DNA of 64,000 nucleotides from Eledone cirrhosa (lineage: Eukaryota), in assembly GCA_964016885.1 (NCBI GenBank), contig OZ024741.1, forward strand, positions 19,902,001-19,966,000, read 5' to 3'. Below the pieces are notes generated by a model. That model saw only the letters and a list, made by a program, of their open reading frames with translations, did not search any database and was not told where the DNA came from. The stretch's first letter is position 1; each line of letters opens with the position of its first letter. The position numbers were made by a program, and so were the translations under genes. This document shows, in pieces, positions 28,700 to 42,614 of the stretch.

Positions 28700-29345
28700 T
28701 GGTGGTGCGTGGCCTAATGGTAAGGATGTTGGATTTATGATCATAATGGTTTGGGTTCGCTTCCTGGGTTGGGTTGTGTATTGTGTTATTGACCAAAATA
28801 CTTCATTTCAAGTTGCTACATTATGTTCAGCTGGAAATGAGTACCGGCAATAGTTATGGGATTAACCCTGCGATGGATTCGTGTCCTGTCCAGAGGGAGT
28901 TGTGTAATCTCAGTGGCTTCACGCCACCAAACTGGGATAAGCACCGTCCTGACAAGCCTGCTGGATTGAGACAGACTTTAAGGGAAAAAACTGTAGACAC
29001 GGCAAGGCTGAATGGTTAAGAAGTTCGCTTTGCAATCAGTAGGTGTCTGGTTCAATCCCATTGCGTGACACCTTGGCCAAGTAACATATACCATAGCCTC
29101 GGGTTGATTCATGCACCGTTAATGAAATTAGGTAGAAGGAAACTGTTTGGAAGCCCTTCGGATGAACTGTGCTTGTTACTTAAAGCGCACTCTTGTCACA
29201 CCCGTGTCTCACTGAGAATTAACGTTAAGCGTACGCGCATCTGTGAAATGCGCAGGCACTTGCGTGCTAATCTTTTGAGAGGGTTGTTACGTTGGTCGAA
29301 CAACTAGAACACACAGCGTCGAAATCAGCGAAGATTCATCGATAT
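28700..29345 (+). mobile_element. Two adjacent diverged tRNA-derived SINEs
   Basis: A/B boxes at 28709 (GTGGCCTAATGG..GGTTCGCTTCC) and 29005 (GGCTGAATGGTTAAG..GGTTCAATCCC). Confidence 0.6.
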
Positions 29346-30557
29346 CCACACCCTTCATTGATTACACTTCTGTGGTGTTGCTGGTTAGTTGTATTAGATA
29401 TGGGTACAGATCTTTAAAATAATGAAGTTAAACGCAACCAGTTGGGACTTGGTTAAAGGTTACCAATGTAAATGGAGCGCAGAGTGTTTTAGGCCGGTGG
29501 TGGGTGATAGGGACATCAGAAACTACATGTCAATATCGAGCGTGGCAGAATAAAGTTAATTTAATTTATTTTTGAATCAATTTTCCAGTTGGCTGCATAC
29601 ATGGAATGGACGTCACCAGCTTCGATAGATGTACCAGTTCTTCTGTCGACAGAACAGCCTTTTCCTGAAATTAACGTGGAAGTGGCTCACCATTCAACTT
29701 AAACGTATAATCTTAATGTAATTCTCAGGGAGATTTGGCTTTTTGAATTACAGGTACGTGCTATCTAACGAGCTTCCCAAATATTTCCCGTCAGCCTAAT
29801 TTCACTCACAAGAGATAGATCAACCCGAGGTTATGATAAATGACACTTCACCAAGATACGACGCAGTAGGATCGAACTCGGGACCTAATGAATGCCAAGC
29901 TAACTCTTTAATCATTCTACCAGAGTCCGTCCAAAGCTGAATAGTAGAGGGTAACACAGAGGAGAAAAGAGAAAATATAGAAAACAATAAAGAAAAAACA
30001 AGGCAATGATTCTCCACGTGTATTGATTGTTAGAAAGAACTTCTTAAACCACAGACAACCTTTACAGTCTGTCAGCCAATTGTGAATGAAAGCCTAACAG
30101 ACACAAAAGCTTTGTTTTCTTGATTTGCCCACATTATTTATTCATATATATATGTGTATATATATATAAATATCGGAGCTATCCCAGTTTCCTGAGTTGC
30201 CTTCTCCTAGAAGAATGCCCTGACAAAGGCTAGGGGTCCTTCACTCCCAGTGGTTTAACCGCGCGATCTGGTGTCCAGCCCAACCTTTTCTATATCCCCG
30301 TGTACATACACATGCATAACTCCGATAACTCCGATATAGAACCTGCGGCTCAGTAGTTACCAATGATGTTGATCTTTTCTTCTTTTCAGGTTATAGCTAC
30401 TGTCTCTCAGAGAGTGGGATTGGCTCAGTGCACAGTCTTTCCTCTCTTTAAAAAATATCTTCACGCACAGGCATTGCACGATAGAATTAATTGATAATTA
30501 TTAATAATGGTATATCGTGCAATGGCCATACTCGATAACAAGGGGGCAGCCATCATC

Positions 30558-30717
<160 letters not shown>

Positions 30718-30780
30718 GTATATATATATATGTATATATATATATATACATATATGTGTATATATATATATGTGTATATA

Positions 30781-30862
<82 letters not shown>

Positions 30863-30866
<4 letters not shown>

Positions 30867-31136
30867 ATCAAAAGATGGTTAAAAGAGTTCCATGTATTTT
30901 ATTAAGCGCATTTCAAAAACAAATATCATCATGCAATAATATTTGCGTTTTCGTCAGATAAAATAGGGAGACATGATATGAAGGTTAAAAACACACTTGT
31001 GAATAGTGCAGTTTTAAATCAACATATCTCCCTATTTTTTCTGACGAAAACGCAAATATTATTGCATGATGATATTTGTTTTTGAAATGCGCTTAATAAA
31101 ATACATGGTACTCTTTTAACCATCTTTTGATCTTAT
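30863..31136. mobile_element. Palindromic mini-element with an HHR in each arm
   Basis: Inverted ~110-bp arms. Plus strand 31035-31101: CTGACGA-AAACGCAAATAT..ATATTTGTTTTT-GAAA-TGCGCT-TA-ATAAAA. Minus copy at 30897-30963. Confidence 0.75.
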
Positions 31137-31229
31137 ATATTATTTATACTCCAGTCCTACAAACTGTAGAGTGCTACTTATCCGATATCTGCATTGCTTT
31201 ATTGTACTACAATAAAACTCACCTCCTAC

Positions 31230-31306
<77 letters not shown>

Positions 31307-31366
31307 TGTGTGTGTGTGTGTATACGTATATATATATGTACATGTATATATAGTCATATATACATG

Positions 31367-31680
<314 letters not shown>

Positions 31681-31695
31681 TATATATATATATAT

Positions 31696-34540
31696 GTAAA
31701 TATCTTTAAGTCGTTTGGAAGCCTCGACAATGCAAATGGGTAAATCTCCGGGTAACAAGATCCGGTGGTGGAGAGAGATGTAAGTGGGTGTACGTTGAGA
31801 TGCGTGGTGTGTATGAGATGTGTAGAAGAATGAAGGGAAGAGTAAAAGGATAAAAATAAAAATAACAACACAAGAGAGAGTTACCTTGGGAGAGATTTAA
31901 TAGTCCCTATATATTTCGGATTCACATCCATCAACTGGGGTTTTTTTCCGGGGTGGGGGAAATGTTGTCTGTCGGACAGGTGCGAAACGCGTCCTCCGCT
32001 GTTTGTTGTTTTGAATATCTGAGGTATTCGGCAGAGCGCGCGTGCGCGTGAAATGGGGTCGGTCGGGCAAAGGTCAGCGGCCGAATAAGGGAGTGGGGTG
32101 GCGCTAGCTGTCAGTCCATTCTCTGCCTGTTTGTTAAATGCTACTGTGTGTGTGTGTGCGTGTGTTGTTGTCTCGCTTGAGTGTGTGTGTGTGTGCGTGT
32201 GTTGTTGCCTTGTTCCTCTGTATTGGCAGTGTAGTATGTTCGTATGGTGGAATGCTACTGTGTGTGTGTGCGTGTGTGTGTGTAGTTGTCTCGTTTGTGT
32301 GTGTGTGTGCGTGTGTTGTGTGTTGCTGCATTGTTTGTTAACTTAAACCAGCCATCTCATTTCGCTTCTCTCTGATCGGTTGTTTGTGTGCGGTTGCAGG
32401 CGTTTGATAAAAAGCGCTTCCTTGATATGTAACGTGCCGATGTTTCTTTCAGTCGCTAGAATTGTGACAATGGGCCTTCCGTCTTTGTTTCCGCATTTGT
32501 CTATGTGTTTCCGGAAGGACGAGGCCCTGGTTTTAGTGTGTTCCTTGATCCGGATGTGCAAAGGTCGGATTGTGCTACCTATGTAGTATTGGTTGCACCT
32601 GTCACATTCTATCTTATACACGACGTATGTGCGTAGGCAACAGTTCGCATGGCGTATCGGGCAATCTCTGAGGGAGCATGCGTCAGTAGATTTCCCGGGT
32701 TTCCTGGAGAGGCATCTTCGCAGGGAGGGGCCCGAGTGGGCCCTCCCTCCGTATAGCCTTGCGGATAGCGTTAGTGGTATTCTCGCCCAGGTGTGGCATT
32801 TTAATGAAGCACTTGCCTTGGGTGCCTCTCTGTTTCTTGTGTCTGGTGTCTCCTATTCTGTCTGTGATCGAGGTAGGGTACCCGTTCGTCTCCAGCACCT
32901 CGAGGAATCGCTTGGTATGAGTGACACCACTCGCGGGATCGCTGCATCTGTTTTTGATTCGCGCGATCTCGTTCGTGATGTATCCTCTTTTGGCACTGTT
33001 AGGGAGGGCGGACTTGTAGTGAACGAACGGGTCCCTGCAGGCTGCCTTTCGGTAGAAGTTGCAGTGGATCCTTCCCTGTTCCGTGATGTTGATTCGGAAG
33101 TCGAGGAGGGCAAGTGACCCGTCTTCGTTGGGGTATTCAACACTGAAGTCAATGTTCTCGTCCGTGTTGTTGAACGTCTCATAGATTCTGTTCGCCGTGT
33201 CTTGGGAAGATGTGAGGATGAGGATATCGTCCACGTACCTTGAGAAAAAGGCTACGGCGTTGGGGTGGCAGGCGTTGAGTGCCTTGCGTTCGAGGTTGTC
33301 CATGTAAGAGATCGCTAGCACACCTGATAGGCTTGATCCCATGGGCAATCCCGAGGTTTGATGGTATGTTTGGTCAAGGAATCCGAAGTAGGTGTTGTCG
33401 ACGACGATGGATAGGAGTTGGTGGATGTCAGTGGTGGTGAGCCCGAAGCAGTGTAGGTCGGTGGATTGGACGCGTTCCATCAGTATATTGACGGCAGGGA
33501 GTGCCGGGACCGAGGTGTAGAGAGCGACTACATCAAGGCTGAAGGCATATCTGTTATTCCTTCTGGTGTCGGGATCCATTTGATGCAGGCGCTTCAACAC
33601 CTCCTCGGAGCTGTTAACGTGTCCCGGCAAGGTGTCTAAGATGGGTTTGAGTATTCTGGCTAGGAGCCATGAAATTTTGTAGAGTGGTCCCTCCACGCTC
33701 GATACGATGGGCCTGATCTTCAGGTCGGGTCCCTGTTTGTGTGTTTTCACGAGGTGGTAGAAGGCGGGTAGTCTGCTGTTCCTCGTGAGGAGGTTGTATC
33801 TCAGCTTCTTCGGGAGCTTCCGCCGGTCGCACATGTTGGTTCAGGCGGCGTTGATGTGCTCTTCTATCTGCACGGGAGTGATTCCCGTGACCTTGGAGTA
33901 AAGGTTGTCATCGTCAAGGTGTTGGAGGGCCAGGGTGTTGTAGGCCTCTCTGCTGATGACGCAGAATTCTTTTCCCTTGTCGGAGGGGAAATAGATGAGG
34001 TTCTTCGATTTTAGGTTGGAGAGAGTGGTGAGTTGAGATTTAGTGAGGTTATGTGTTGTGCGTGTGTGTGTGTGTTTGTGAAGTATATCCGAGACGGAGT
34101 GTTTTAGCCTGATGAGTTTAGTGTCGAGTTCATGGTTGGTGGGTGGGGGGTGGAGTGGGTTGTCGGGGTGGTAAGTGGGGAACTTGGGGTGGGTTGCGTG
34201 GGCGCTGTTATTTTCTGTGGCGCTGTTGATGGCAGTCACCCATTTAAGTTGGTAAGCGGCTCGACAAAAGTTGGCCTCGATGTTGAGTTTGAGTCTGTCG
34301 TCGAGACGTTGTGAGACGATGAACCGAGGTGTAGGAGTTTCAGCTCGTCGCTCGTGAGAGTGCCGGTTAGGTCGGTGACCAGGTGTGTCGCATCGTTGAG
34401 GTATGGCTCGGTGTTGGTGGATGCAGCGGTGGCGGTTGTTGAGTTGTTGTTTCCCACGTGGTTCTGGTCCGTCTGTTCGTTAGTGTCGATGTTCTCGTTG
34501 TGGCGTTTCGACAAGATCCCCTCATATTTTCGCTTGAGCC
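31696..34540 (-). mobile_element. Near-full-length Penelope-like element (RT plus GIY-YIG), disrupted
   Basis: PSDKGKEF, FYHLVKTHK, IRPIVS, SLDVVALYTSVP, GLPMGSSLS, RYVDD, LLD, FYRK, then YKIECDRCNQYYIGSTIRPLHIRIKEH. In-frame TGA at 33841-33843 and frameshifts near 34240 and 32740. Confidence 0.93.
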
Positions 34541-34754
34541 GTATATATATATACATATTGGTAGCTGCAGCAGCCGTAGGTTTTCCCAGATAAATAATAA
34601 ATTGTTTAAAGAGATAAAAAGGCAATTATTTAAAAGTTTAAAAAATTGAAAATACACATGAGCATGCAAATAAACCCACACACACCCGTACCCCCCCCCC
34701 TATACACACATATACACATTTACACACCCACACAATATATATATGTATACACAC

Positions 34755-35280
34755 TATTGGATGGCCGTTGACTCTCATGAGTTCTTCCGTACATCATGGG
34801 GAATGATCAAGTATGGATGTGATATCTTTGACAAAAAACGAGTGGAGCATGCTGTTTTGAAATGTTCACTTCGTAAGCGGGACTCAAGTGCAGTGCCTGC
34901 AAAAATCCAGCAGGAACTGAAGTGCAATGTATGTGGCCGGTTTATTAGATCAAGAGATGGATTTGTGAACCATCACAAGCCACCCGAGCCAGAGAGATAT
35001 CAGAGCTATTTTTGAGATGGTTCTACCGCCACGCCGTCCCAGCTACATTTGCAGCGAGTGTCGCTGAATTAGCAAGTCAGCTGGAAGATTAACCAGACAT
35101 AGAAGAATGCATGAAAACACAAGCCAGCCGGTATTGTGAGGAGACGGACAGTTCAAGTGTTTCATTTATGAACGTGTCTGCAATTCAAAAGCGGGCCTGA
35201 AAAGTCAGTCACCAGTGTGTACATGATCGTGTAATGTTCAATGAAGGGATGACACTCTTCTGACAAGAACTAGCAATCAG

Positions 35281-35285
<5 letters not shown>
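34755..35285 (+). mobile_element. 3' fragment of an RTE-like LINE with terminal C2H2-like motifs
   Basis: W...IKYGCDIFDKKRVEHA..KR..LKCNVCGRFIRSRDGFVNH plus further degenerate zinc fingers (..C.SKAGLKSH). Confidence 0.5.
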
Positions 35286-35325
<40 letters not shown>

Positions 35326-35437
35326 ACCAGTTCCTTTGAGGATTAACAACACACTCGGGAGCTGGACATATCGATGAATTAACAGGGTAGAACACATTAC
35401 AACACCATGTTTACCTGTTTTTTCTTCCTTAATTCTT

Positions 35438-35492
35438 ACTGCCTGGTGAGGTCACAGCCAATAATGGCTGTCACTGAAATATATATAGCGGT
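35438..35492 (+). ncRNA. Hammerhead ribozyme (A6G-mutated), homologue of 2040-2094
   Basis: ACTGC-CTGGTGA-GGTCACAGCCA ATAA TGGCTGTCACT-GAAA-TATATA-TA-GCGGT. Confidence 0.65.
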
Positions 35493-35537
35493 GAATTAGA
35501 ATGAACGAAGCCAGCTTTAACATGTTTTACTTACACA

Positions 35538-35918
35538 GTGGATTGGCAGTATCGGTAGAGGGCCGGACGCCATGCTTTGCAGCAAAGAGTTACGGCCCTT
35601 TATGGTCTGAGTTCAAATCCCGCCGAGGTTAACTTTGCCTTTCATCCTTACGGGATCGATAAAATAAAGTACCAGTAATGTACTGGATAATTGCTGGCCT
35701 TGTGCCAAAAGTAGAAATAATTATTTTATATTGAGTTGGCAGTATCGGTAGAGGGTCGAATGCCATGCTTTCCAGCATAGTTACGTCCCTTTACGGTCTG
35801 AGTTCAAATCCCGTCGAGGTTAACACTTTGCCTTTCATCCTTACGGGGTCGATAAAATGAAGTACCAGTAATGCACTGGGTAATTGCTGGCCTTGTACTA
35901 AAAGTAGAAACAATTATT
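35538..35918 (+). mobile_element. Tandem pair of Meta-like tRNA SINEs
   Basis: Two ~190-bp copies: TGGCAGTATCGGTAGAG..GAGTTCAAATCC..GCCTTTCATCC..GTAGAAA. Confidence 0.8.
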
Positions 35919-35919
35919 T

Positions 35920-35950
<31 letters not shown>

Positions 35951-35971
35951 ATGTATATATGCATGTGTATA

Positions 35972-36040
<69 letters not shown>

Positions 36041-36045
<5 letters not shown>

Positions 36046-36692
36046 TAAAGTTAATCCTTCATCATTGATCTTCCAACCATCATTGGTATTTCATCGCTTT
36101 AAAGACCATATACCTCCGGTTGGTGCGAGCAACGGCTAAAGAAAGTCGCTGGGACACGTAAATAAAGGGAACAGCGAGAGTGTAAACAAACAAAGATCGT
36201 GAAGCAACGAAAAGTGAGGAAGAGCGAGTCAAGTCCAAAAATTTCCATGAATATAAGTTCGGTGAAATCGTGAACGAGAGAGAATAAAGACCATCAAACC
36301 TGGTTGAAATGTGAGCAAGGAAGGAATTTCGCACAGGTCTAACGGGAGGAAGAAGGAATCTAGTCCGTGAATTCGGTAAACATAAGTTCTGTGAAATCGT
36401 AGACGAGAGAGAGAAAAAATGCCGACCGACCTGGCCAAGCGTGCGAAAGAAAATAATTACGCACAGGTCAAACGGGAAGAAGGAGGAGGAGGAGAGGTAG
36501 TAACAGAGAGTGAGTGAGTGAAGGGTGAGGAAGAGGCTAACAGAGAGAGTGACTGTTAGAGAGGGTAAAGATACAGAGAAAGAGGAAGCAGTAAGAACGA
36601 AATAGACGGGTCACAGCGGGGGAAAAAATATGTGTAAATATGAGAATAAACGTGGTGCGTGGTTGCTAATGGGTTACATATGAATAAAGTTA
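36041..36692 (-). mobile_element. Non-coding element related to 3705-4312, with a short terminal direct repeat
   Basis: ATGAATAAAGTTA at both ends (36041 and 36680). Shares GTGAGTGAGTGAA..GTGAGGAAGAG with 4080-4110. Permuted HHR-like motif at 36059-36092. Confidence 0.55.
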
Positions 36693-36744
36693 TATATATA
36701 TATATATATTCTATTCTAAGGCGGGTAAAATTCCCGAGATCCAT

Positions 36745-36960
36745 GGACGAGTTCTCACCAGCGGTCTCTGTCCCTCATTATCGCTGCCATGTCCTGCGTC
36801 TCCAACAGACCAGTGTCTGTCCTTAGGGCATCAACATATGTTAACCTTGGTCTTACTCTTCCAGTGTGTCCATATAGGGGCTCCCAAGGAGCACTGAGTG
36901 CAATGTCAACTCTGGATGTCGGTGAGCATGTCCAGCTAACCTCAGTCTCCTCTGTGTCAT
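36745..36960 (-). mobile_element. RTE-type LINE 3' fragment
   Basis: Reverse complement translates as RLRLAGHAHRHPE..WEP..G.RPRLTYVDALRTDTG...M.A.MRDRDRW. Confidence 0.7.
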
Positions 36961-37114
36961 TTTATTGGGATTTCTTTCTTGTTGGTTATGCATTGACTCA
37001 TTCGTTCATTTTTGTTTTACTTTTCGGAATCTTTTTCTTTATTATTCTTACCATTATAGGGTACAGACATGGTTCCGGGTTCGATCCCACTGCACAAACA
37101 GTGCTCTGTGTGAG

Positions 37115-37167
<53 letters not shown>

Positions 37168-37169
<2 letters not shown>

Positions 37170-37370
37170 CAAAGTAATTGTGGTAAGGAACCAGATGGAC
37201 CATAACGCACCAGAGTCCTCAATACTTAGGGTAGTAGAGTGGGTAATAGGAAAAAGTATGATCCCGACGGCAGAGCTCAAGCCGTTTCGACGGCTATTTC
37301 TGGACTAAATTTAGTCCAGAAATAGCCGTCGAAACAGCTTGAGCTCTGCCGTCGGGGTCATACTTTTTCA
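37168..37370 (-). mobile_element. Palindromic PLE 3'-end mini-element (family N subfamily)
   Basis: Centre CTGGACTAAATTTAGTCCAG at ~37310. Related copies at 40306-40420, 49823-50018 and 51856-52050. Confidence 0.8.
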
Positions 37371-37602
37371 TATATATATATATATATATATATGGGAGGT
37401 GGGGGAATAACGTGTTTATGTTATGATGTTTTATAAAAGCAAATAAAACACCTAACTGTCCTAAAGAATTATATATATGGGATTTGCTATCAAAACAGCA
37501 AGAGGTCAGCCATTTGGGCACTAAATAAGTTTAGAACTGGTAAAATCCAGATATATATACATATATATATGCGTGTGTGTTTGTGTGAGTCTGTGTGCGC
37601 GC

Positions 37603-37679
<77 letters not shown>

Positions 37680-38211
37680 GTGAGGTCGCTCTCGAGTGCT
37701 ACTGGTAACATGTAACCCAGTACACACCTGTCTCATGGTCGGGTCGTCGGCGACTAAACTGGCAACCCCACCAAGCTTGCTTGGCAAGGAGGGTGATATT
37801 TGGAGATCCCGTGAGATGAAATACAAGACCCGGCAAAGGGCGGAAAAACTCAACAAAATCAGCGGCCGTCGAAATAGTACCTTTTTTTTCACCTGGGATT
37901 GAAAGGCCCCCAGTTGCTGTCACAACACCTTTCTAGGAGAGGGAAACTCTGAGAGAAAAAAAACTACGGCTTCAGAAGCATCCGATGATGTTAACCAGAT
38001 CTTCTTTTCAGGTAGTGGTTTCGATGTTCAGAGAGTGGGATTGGTCGAGTGCAAGGCCTTTCCCCACTCAAAAAACCTTCAAATAAAAGGCATTGCTTGT
38101 TCAGGATGTTACAGTTTCGTGTTACTGGCCGTAGACTAAAAGTGCACCAAACTCTATAATCTGACAAACGAGTGCAGTACTTTTAGTAGAGTTTGCAGCC
38201 ATCATATATGT

Positions 38212-38308
<97 letters not shown>

Positions 38309-38310
<2 letters not shown>

Positions 38311-40152
38311 AACCAGTAAGACCCCGACAGCTGAGCTCTAGCCGTTTCGACGGCTAATTCTGGACTAAATGAAAATTTATCCTGGTATTTAAATAGCCGA
38401 TCTTCTCAAGGGGTAATTCCATATATGGTCAAAGTGATTGTCAAAAATCAGTAGTAATTCTGTGGTTGCAAATTAGTAGGAGAGATGGTGGCTAAACCTG
38501 CCAGTAGGAGAAAGAGGGGAGGGGGTGGAGTAGACCCAATCAAGCGTTGGTAGTGCCAGCTACAGCTGGGCATGAGGTCAAAGAAGATACAGGGGAGGGG
38601 GAGGGGGAGGAAGTCGGAACGGGAGGTAGAACAATGGGGGGTAGAATTGGAGACTACTGTCCAGAGCCAATTCTTACACGGGAGGACGCCGTCCGTGCAA
38701 TTTATGCTCGGAGGAAACTTTACAAATGCTGTTTTCGACGGACCAACTCCTAAACAAGAAAGATGAACTGGTCACTGCATGTAAACATAGATTGCGTAGG
38801 ACTTACCTCGCTCTCAAACCCCATAATGACCCGGGGGGGTAGACTAGGGCTATAACACCCCACTTGCCGATTTTGCAATGGGTAACCCCTGCTTGCCAAG
38901 GAAGACGTAAGATCTTCTTTGTATTCTTTTATCGCTTCCTTTATTTCCTTCCCCCCTCTCTCCCTAGTCCTTCTACCCCAGCTCTTCTCCTTTGTCGGCG
39001 TCTTTTCTCGCCCACCCGAGGCTGCCCTTTGGCCCCATGTAGCCTTAGTACGCCCACCACCCCCTCCCCTAGTCTATGATAGATTTGGCGGACTCCGCTC
39101 TTTATAGCAGTTGGCTTAGACCCCGGATACTTTCCCCCTTTTTCCGACCGCTCCCACTATTCTCTGTGCCCTCTATATTTCTTAGTGGCACTTATGCCTT
39201 ATTTTTTCGTTTCAGTATTTCTTGCTTCGCTTTTCTTCTGGGCGGGGTGGATTCTGAATTTATTTCTCCGTATTCTACCTTTATTTCGTACGAACTTTCA
39301 TGTAGCTTGTTTTAGATCTTTTAGAGTTAGCATTAGTATATATTTTTCTCGGGACTCAGAATTATTATCTCGTACAAGTTCACTTTGCTGCACTGGGTCG
39401 TTGCTGGCCCGGGATGGAAACCTTTATTGTTTATTTCGTGGTAGTCTCTTTAGTATTTTGGCCCCTTTTGTTGACCCGTCACCGTATCATTTACGTACTT
39501 ATACCTCTTAAAAGGGTCCTTGCCTATTCCGTCCCACCTAGTTCTTTTACTTATTTCGTTATTTATTTATTTATTTATTTATTTACTTCTTTCTTTCTTT
39601 CTTTATTTTATTCTAGCCTAACAATAGCCTGAGACCTAGGTCGTAGAATTTACTTTACTTTACTTTTTTCTTTACACTTATTTGCTTTTCTTCACTCTCA
39701 GTATTTTTTCTTTTCTTTCCTATATATTTCTACCCCCCATTGTTCTACCTACCGTTCCGACTTCCTCCCCCTCCCCCCCCTCCCCCTCCCATGTATCTTC
39801 TTTGACCTCATGCCCAGCTGTAGCTGGCACTACCAACGCTTGATTGGGTCTACTCCACCCCCTCCCCTCTTTCTCCTACTGGCAGGTTTAGCCACCATCT
39901 CCCCTACTAATTTGCAACCACAGAATTACTACTGATTTTTGACAATCACTTTGACCATATATGGAATTACCCCTTGAGAAGATCGGCTATTTAAATACCA
40001 GGATAAATTTTCATTTAGACCAGAATTAGCCGTCGAAACGGCTAGAGCTCAGCTGTCGGGTCTTACTGGTTCCTATTACCCACTCTACTACCTCAAGTAT
40101 TGAGTACTTTGGTGCGTTATGGTCCACCTGGTTCCTTACCACATTTCCTTCG

Positions 40153-40155
<3 letters not shown>
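38309..40155 (+). mobile_element. 5'-truncated PLE (Nematis-type C-terminus) with inverted pLTR; parent of the family N mini-elements
   Basis: 38645-38842 reads NWRLLSRANSYTGGRRPCNLCSEETLQML..LLNKKDELVTACKH, the W-x-C-x-LC...LLNK..EL...C-x-H tail of PLE GIY-YIG. 38309-38646 is inverted relative to 39727-40075. Confidence 0.8.
39969..40061 (+). ncRNA. Complete U3:A8 hammerhead ribozyme of family N (antisense copy 38321-38414)
   Basis: ACCCC-TTGAGAA-GATCGGCTA..TAGCCGTC-GAAA-CGGCT AGAGCTC AGCTG-TC-GGG(G)T. Confidence 0.75.
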
Positions 40156-40202
<47 letters not shown>

Positions 40203-40229
40203 GTATGTGTATATATATATATATTTATA

Positions 40230-40289
<60 letters not shown>

Positions 40290-40875
40290 TATATGTATAT
40301 ATATACGCACCAGAGTACTCAATACTTAGAGTAGTAGAGTGGGAAATAGGAAAAAGCATGACCCGACGGTAGAGCTCAAGCCGTTTCGACGGCTATTTCT
40401 GGAGTCCAGAAATAGCCGTCTCACAGATGTGAGAAAAACCACAGACCCTCCATTTCAACTCTACTTTTGAAAAGCAGAAGAACTGCGAAACCGGTAAAGG
40501 AACCAAATAAATATATATATATTTTTTTAAATAAGACTCCAGTTGCATTTTCGATTTCATCTTTTTTTCTTTATACTTTCACTCGTGTAGGACACCTCGG
40601 TTATTTTTCATTTGTAAAAAAAAAACAAAAAAAACCCCTCACTTTCTAATATATATATATATACGCGGATGAGAGTAAATGCACGCACAGACGTGGATTT
40701 GTGTGGTGTGTGCATATGAAGAATGGGCTTCTGCACAGTTTCCGTCTAAAACTATTTCGCAGGTATCTTTCTAACCCGAATCTTCAGTAGAAAGTGCATT
40801 CCTCAAGACGCCAGGCTGTGGCGTCAAACATATATGAATAAGATTCAGAAACGAAATTTTTCAGCATACAATTCA

Positions 40876-40936
<61 letters not shown>

Positions 40937-40948
40937 TCTCTCACTCTC

Positions 40949-40979
<31 letters not shown>

Positions 40980-41886
40980 CACTCTCTCACTCACTCTGTC
41001 TTTCCCCCTTAACTCTCCTCCACTTCTCTCTGTCTTCATCGTTATAACTTTCACTTAACACTGTCTCCTGAGTATTTCACAAGACTAATATTTCCCGTCT
41101 ACCTTCATCTGAGCCCATCTCATGTCTGCTGCAAGTGTCTTGGGGGCAATATCATTTTTAAAATAGAAGTGTAGTGGGTGTAGTAATGTAATAATTAAAA
41201 TAGAGGTATAGTGAGGGGGAGGGGACAATGTCATTATTAAAACTAGCAAAACAACTACCCTCGGGTGGTGTTCTGCTAGCATGTGTAGTGTGTATATTGA
41301 TATTATACTCAAGTATATATACATGTAGATAATCGTATTCGTAATTGACAATATACACAGAAATTGAACGAAGACTGCGTTACACTGTCTTATGTAATCA
41401 GTAACGTAATCCATGATACATTAAAAAAGACGATATTATATATAAACTGTATTAGGAGAAAATTAGTGACAGAAATATATGAATGTTTATTTAAGCGATC
41501 GCTAACCGGAAGTGTTGACATTTGAACATTTTAAAGAAGTGAATCTTTAAATAAACAATAAAATATATTTAATGAACAGGCACGAAATTTAGTAGATAAA
41601 TGTGGTGGTGGTGGTGGTGGTGGTGGGTGTGGTGGTGTTGGTGGTGGTGGTGGTGGTGGTGGTGGTGAGGGTGGTGGTGGTGGTGGTGGTGGTGTAGTTG
41701 TAGTGGTGGGGGTGGTGGGGGTGTAGTTGTAGTGGTGGGGGTGGTGGGGGTGTAGTTGTAGTGGTAGTGGTGTAGTGGCGGTGGTGGTGTAGTGGTGGTG
41801 GTAGTGGTGGTGGTGGTGGTGGTGGTGGTGATGGTGGTAGTGGTGATGGTGGTGTAGTGGTAGTGGTGGTGGTGTAGTGGTGGTGG

Positions 41887-41917
<31 letters not shown>

Positions 41918-41995
41918 GGAGGGGGCAGTGTGGATGCTGAATTAGAAGTGATGGGTGTGAAGATACTTCTGAAACTGTATTATTTCTTTGAGAAA

Positions 41996-42410
41996 GGGCG
42001 GTGAATTGGCAGTATCGGTAGAGGGTTGGACGCCATGCTTTGACGCATAGAGTTACGGCCCTTGCCATTCTGAGTTCAAATCCCGCCGAGGTTAACTTTG
42101 CCTTTCATCCTTATGGGTCGATAAAATAAAGTACCAGTAATGTACTGGATAATTGCTGGCCTTGTGCCAAAAGTAGAAACAATTATTTCTTTGAGAAATG
42201 AAGGGCGGTGGATTGGCAGTATCGGTAGAGGGTCGGACGCCATGATTTGCAGCATAGAGTTACAGCCCTTTACGGTCTCAGTTCAAATCACGCCGAGGTT
42301 AACTTTGCCTTTCATACTTACGGGGTCGATAAAATAAAGTACCAGTAATACACTGGGATAATTGCTGGCCTTGTGCCAAAAGTAGAAACAATTATTTCTT
42401 TGAGAAATGA
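41996..42410 (+). mobile_element. Tandem pair of Meta-like tRNA SINEs
   Basis: Two ~205-bp copies joined by ATTATTTCTTTGAGAAA. Another copy at 44652-44875. Confidence 0.8.
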
Positions 42411-42480
42411 ACTTAAGACAACATATTTCCATAAAATTAGAATTACTAGGATTGTTGTAAAGTTACTCTTAATATATATA

Positions 42481-42614
<134 letters not shown>

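Noticed and set aside
33841-33843. In-frame TGA in the PLE ORF as selenocysteine or readthrough
   Set aside because: Context INAA*TNM fits a mutated Trp codon, the element has other disabling lesions, and no SECIS was recognised.
37680-38100. Repeat shared with 30370-30480, possibly a LINE 5' UTR-derived SINE
   Set aside because: Homology is visible (CAGAGAGTGGGATTGG) but the class and boundaries could not be established.
35538-42410. tRNA genes
   Set aside because: The A/B boxes belong to SINE heads that continue into a SINE body, and no full cloverleaf is present.
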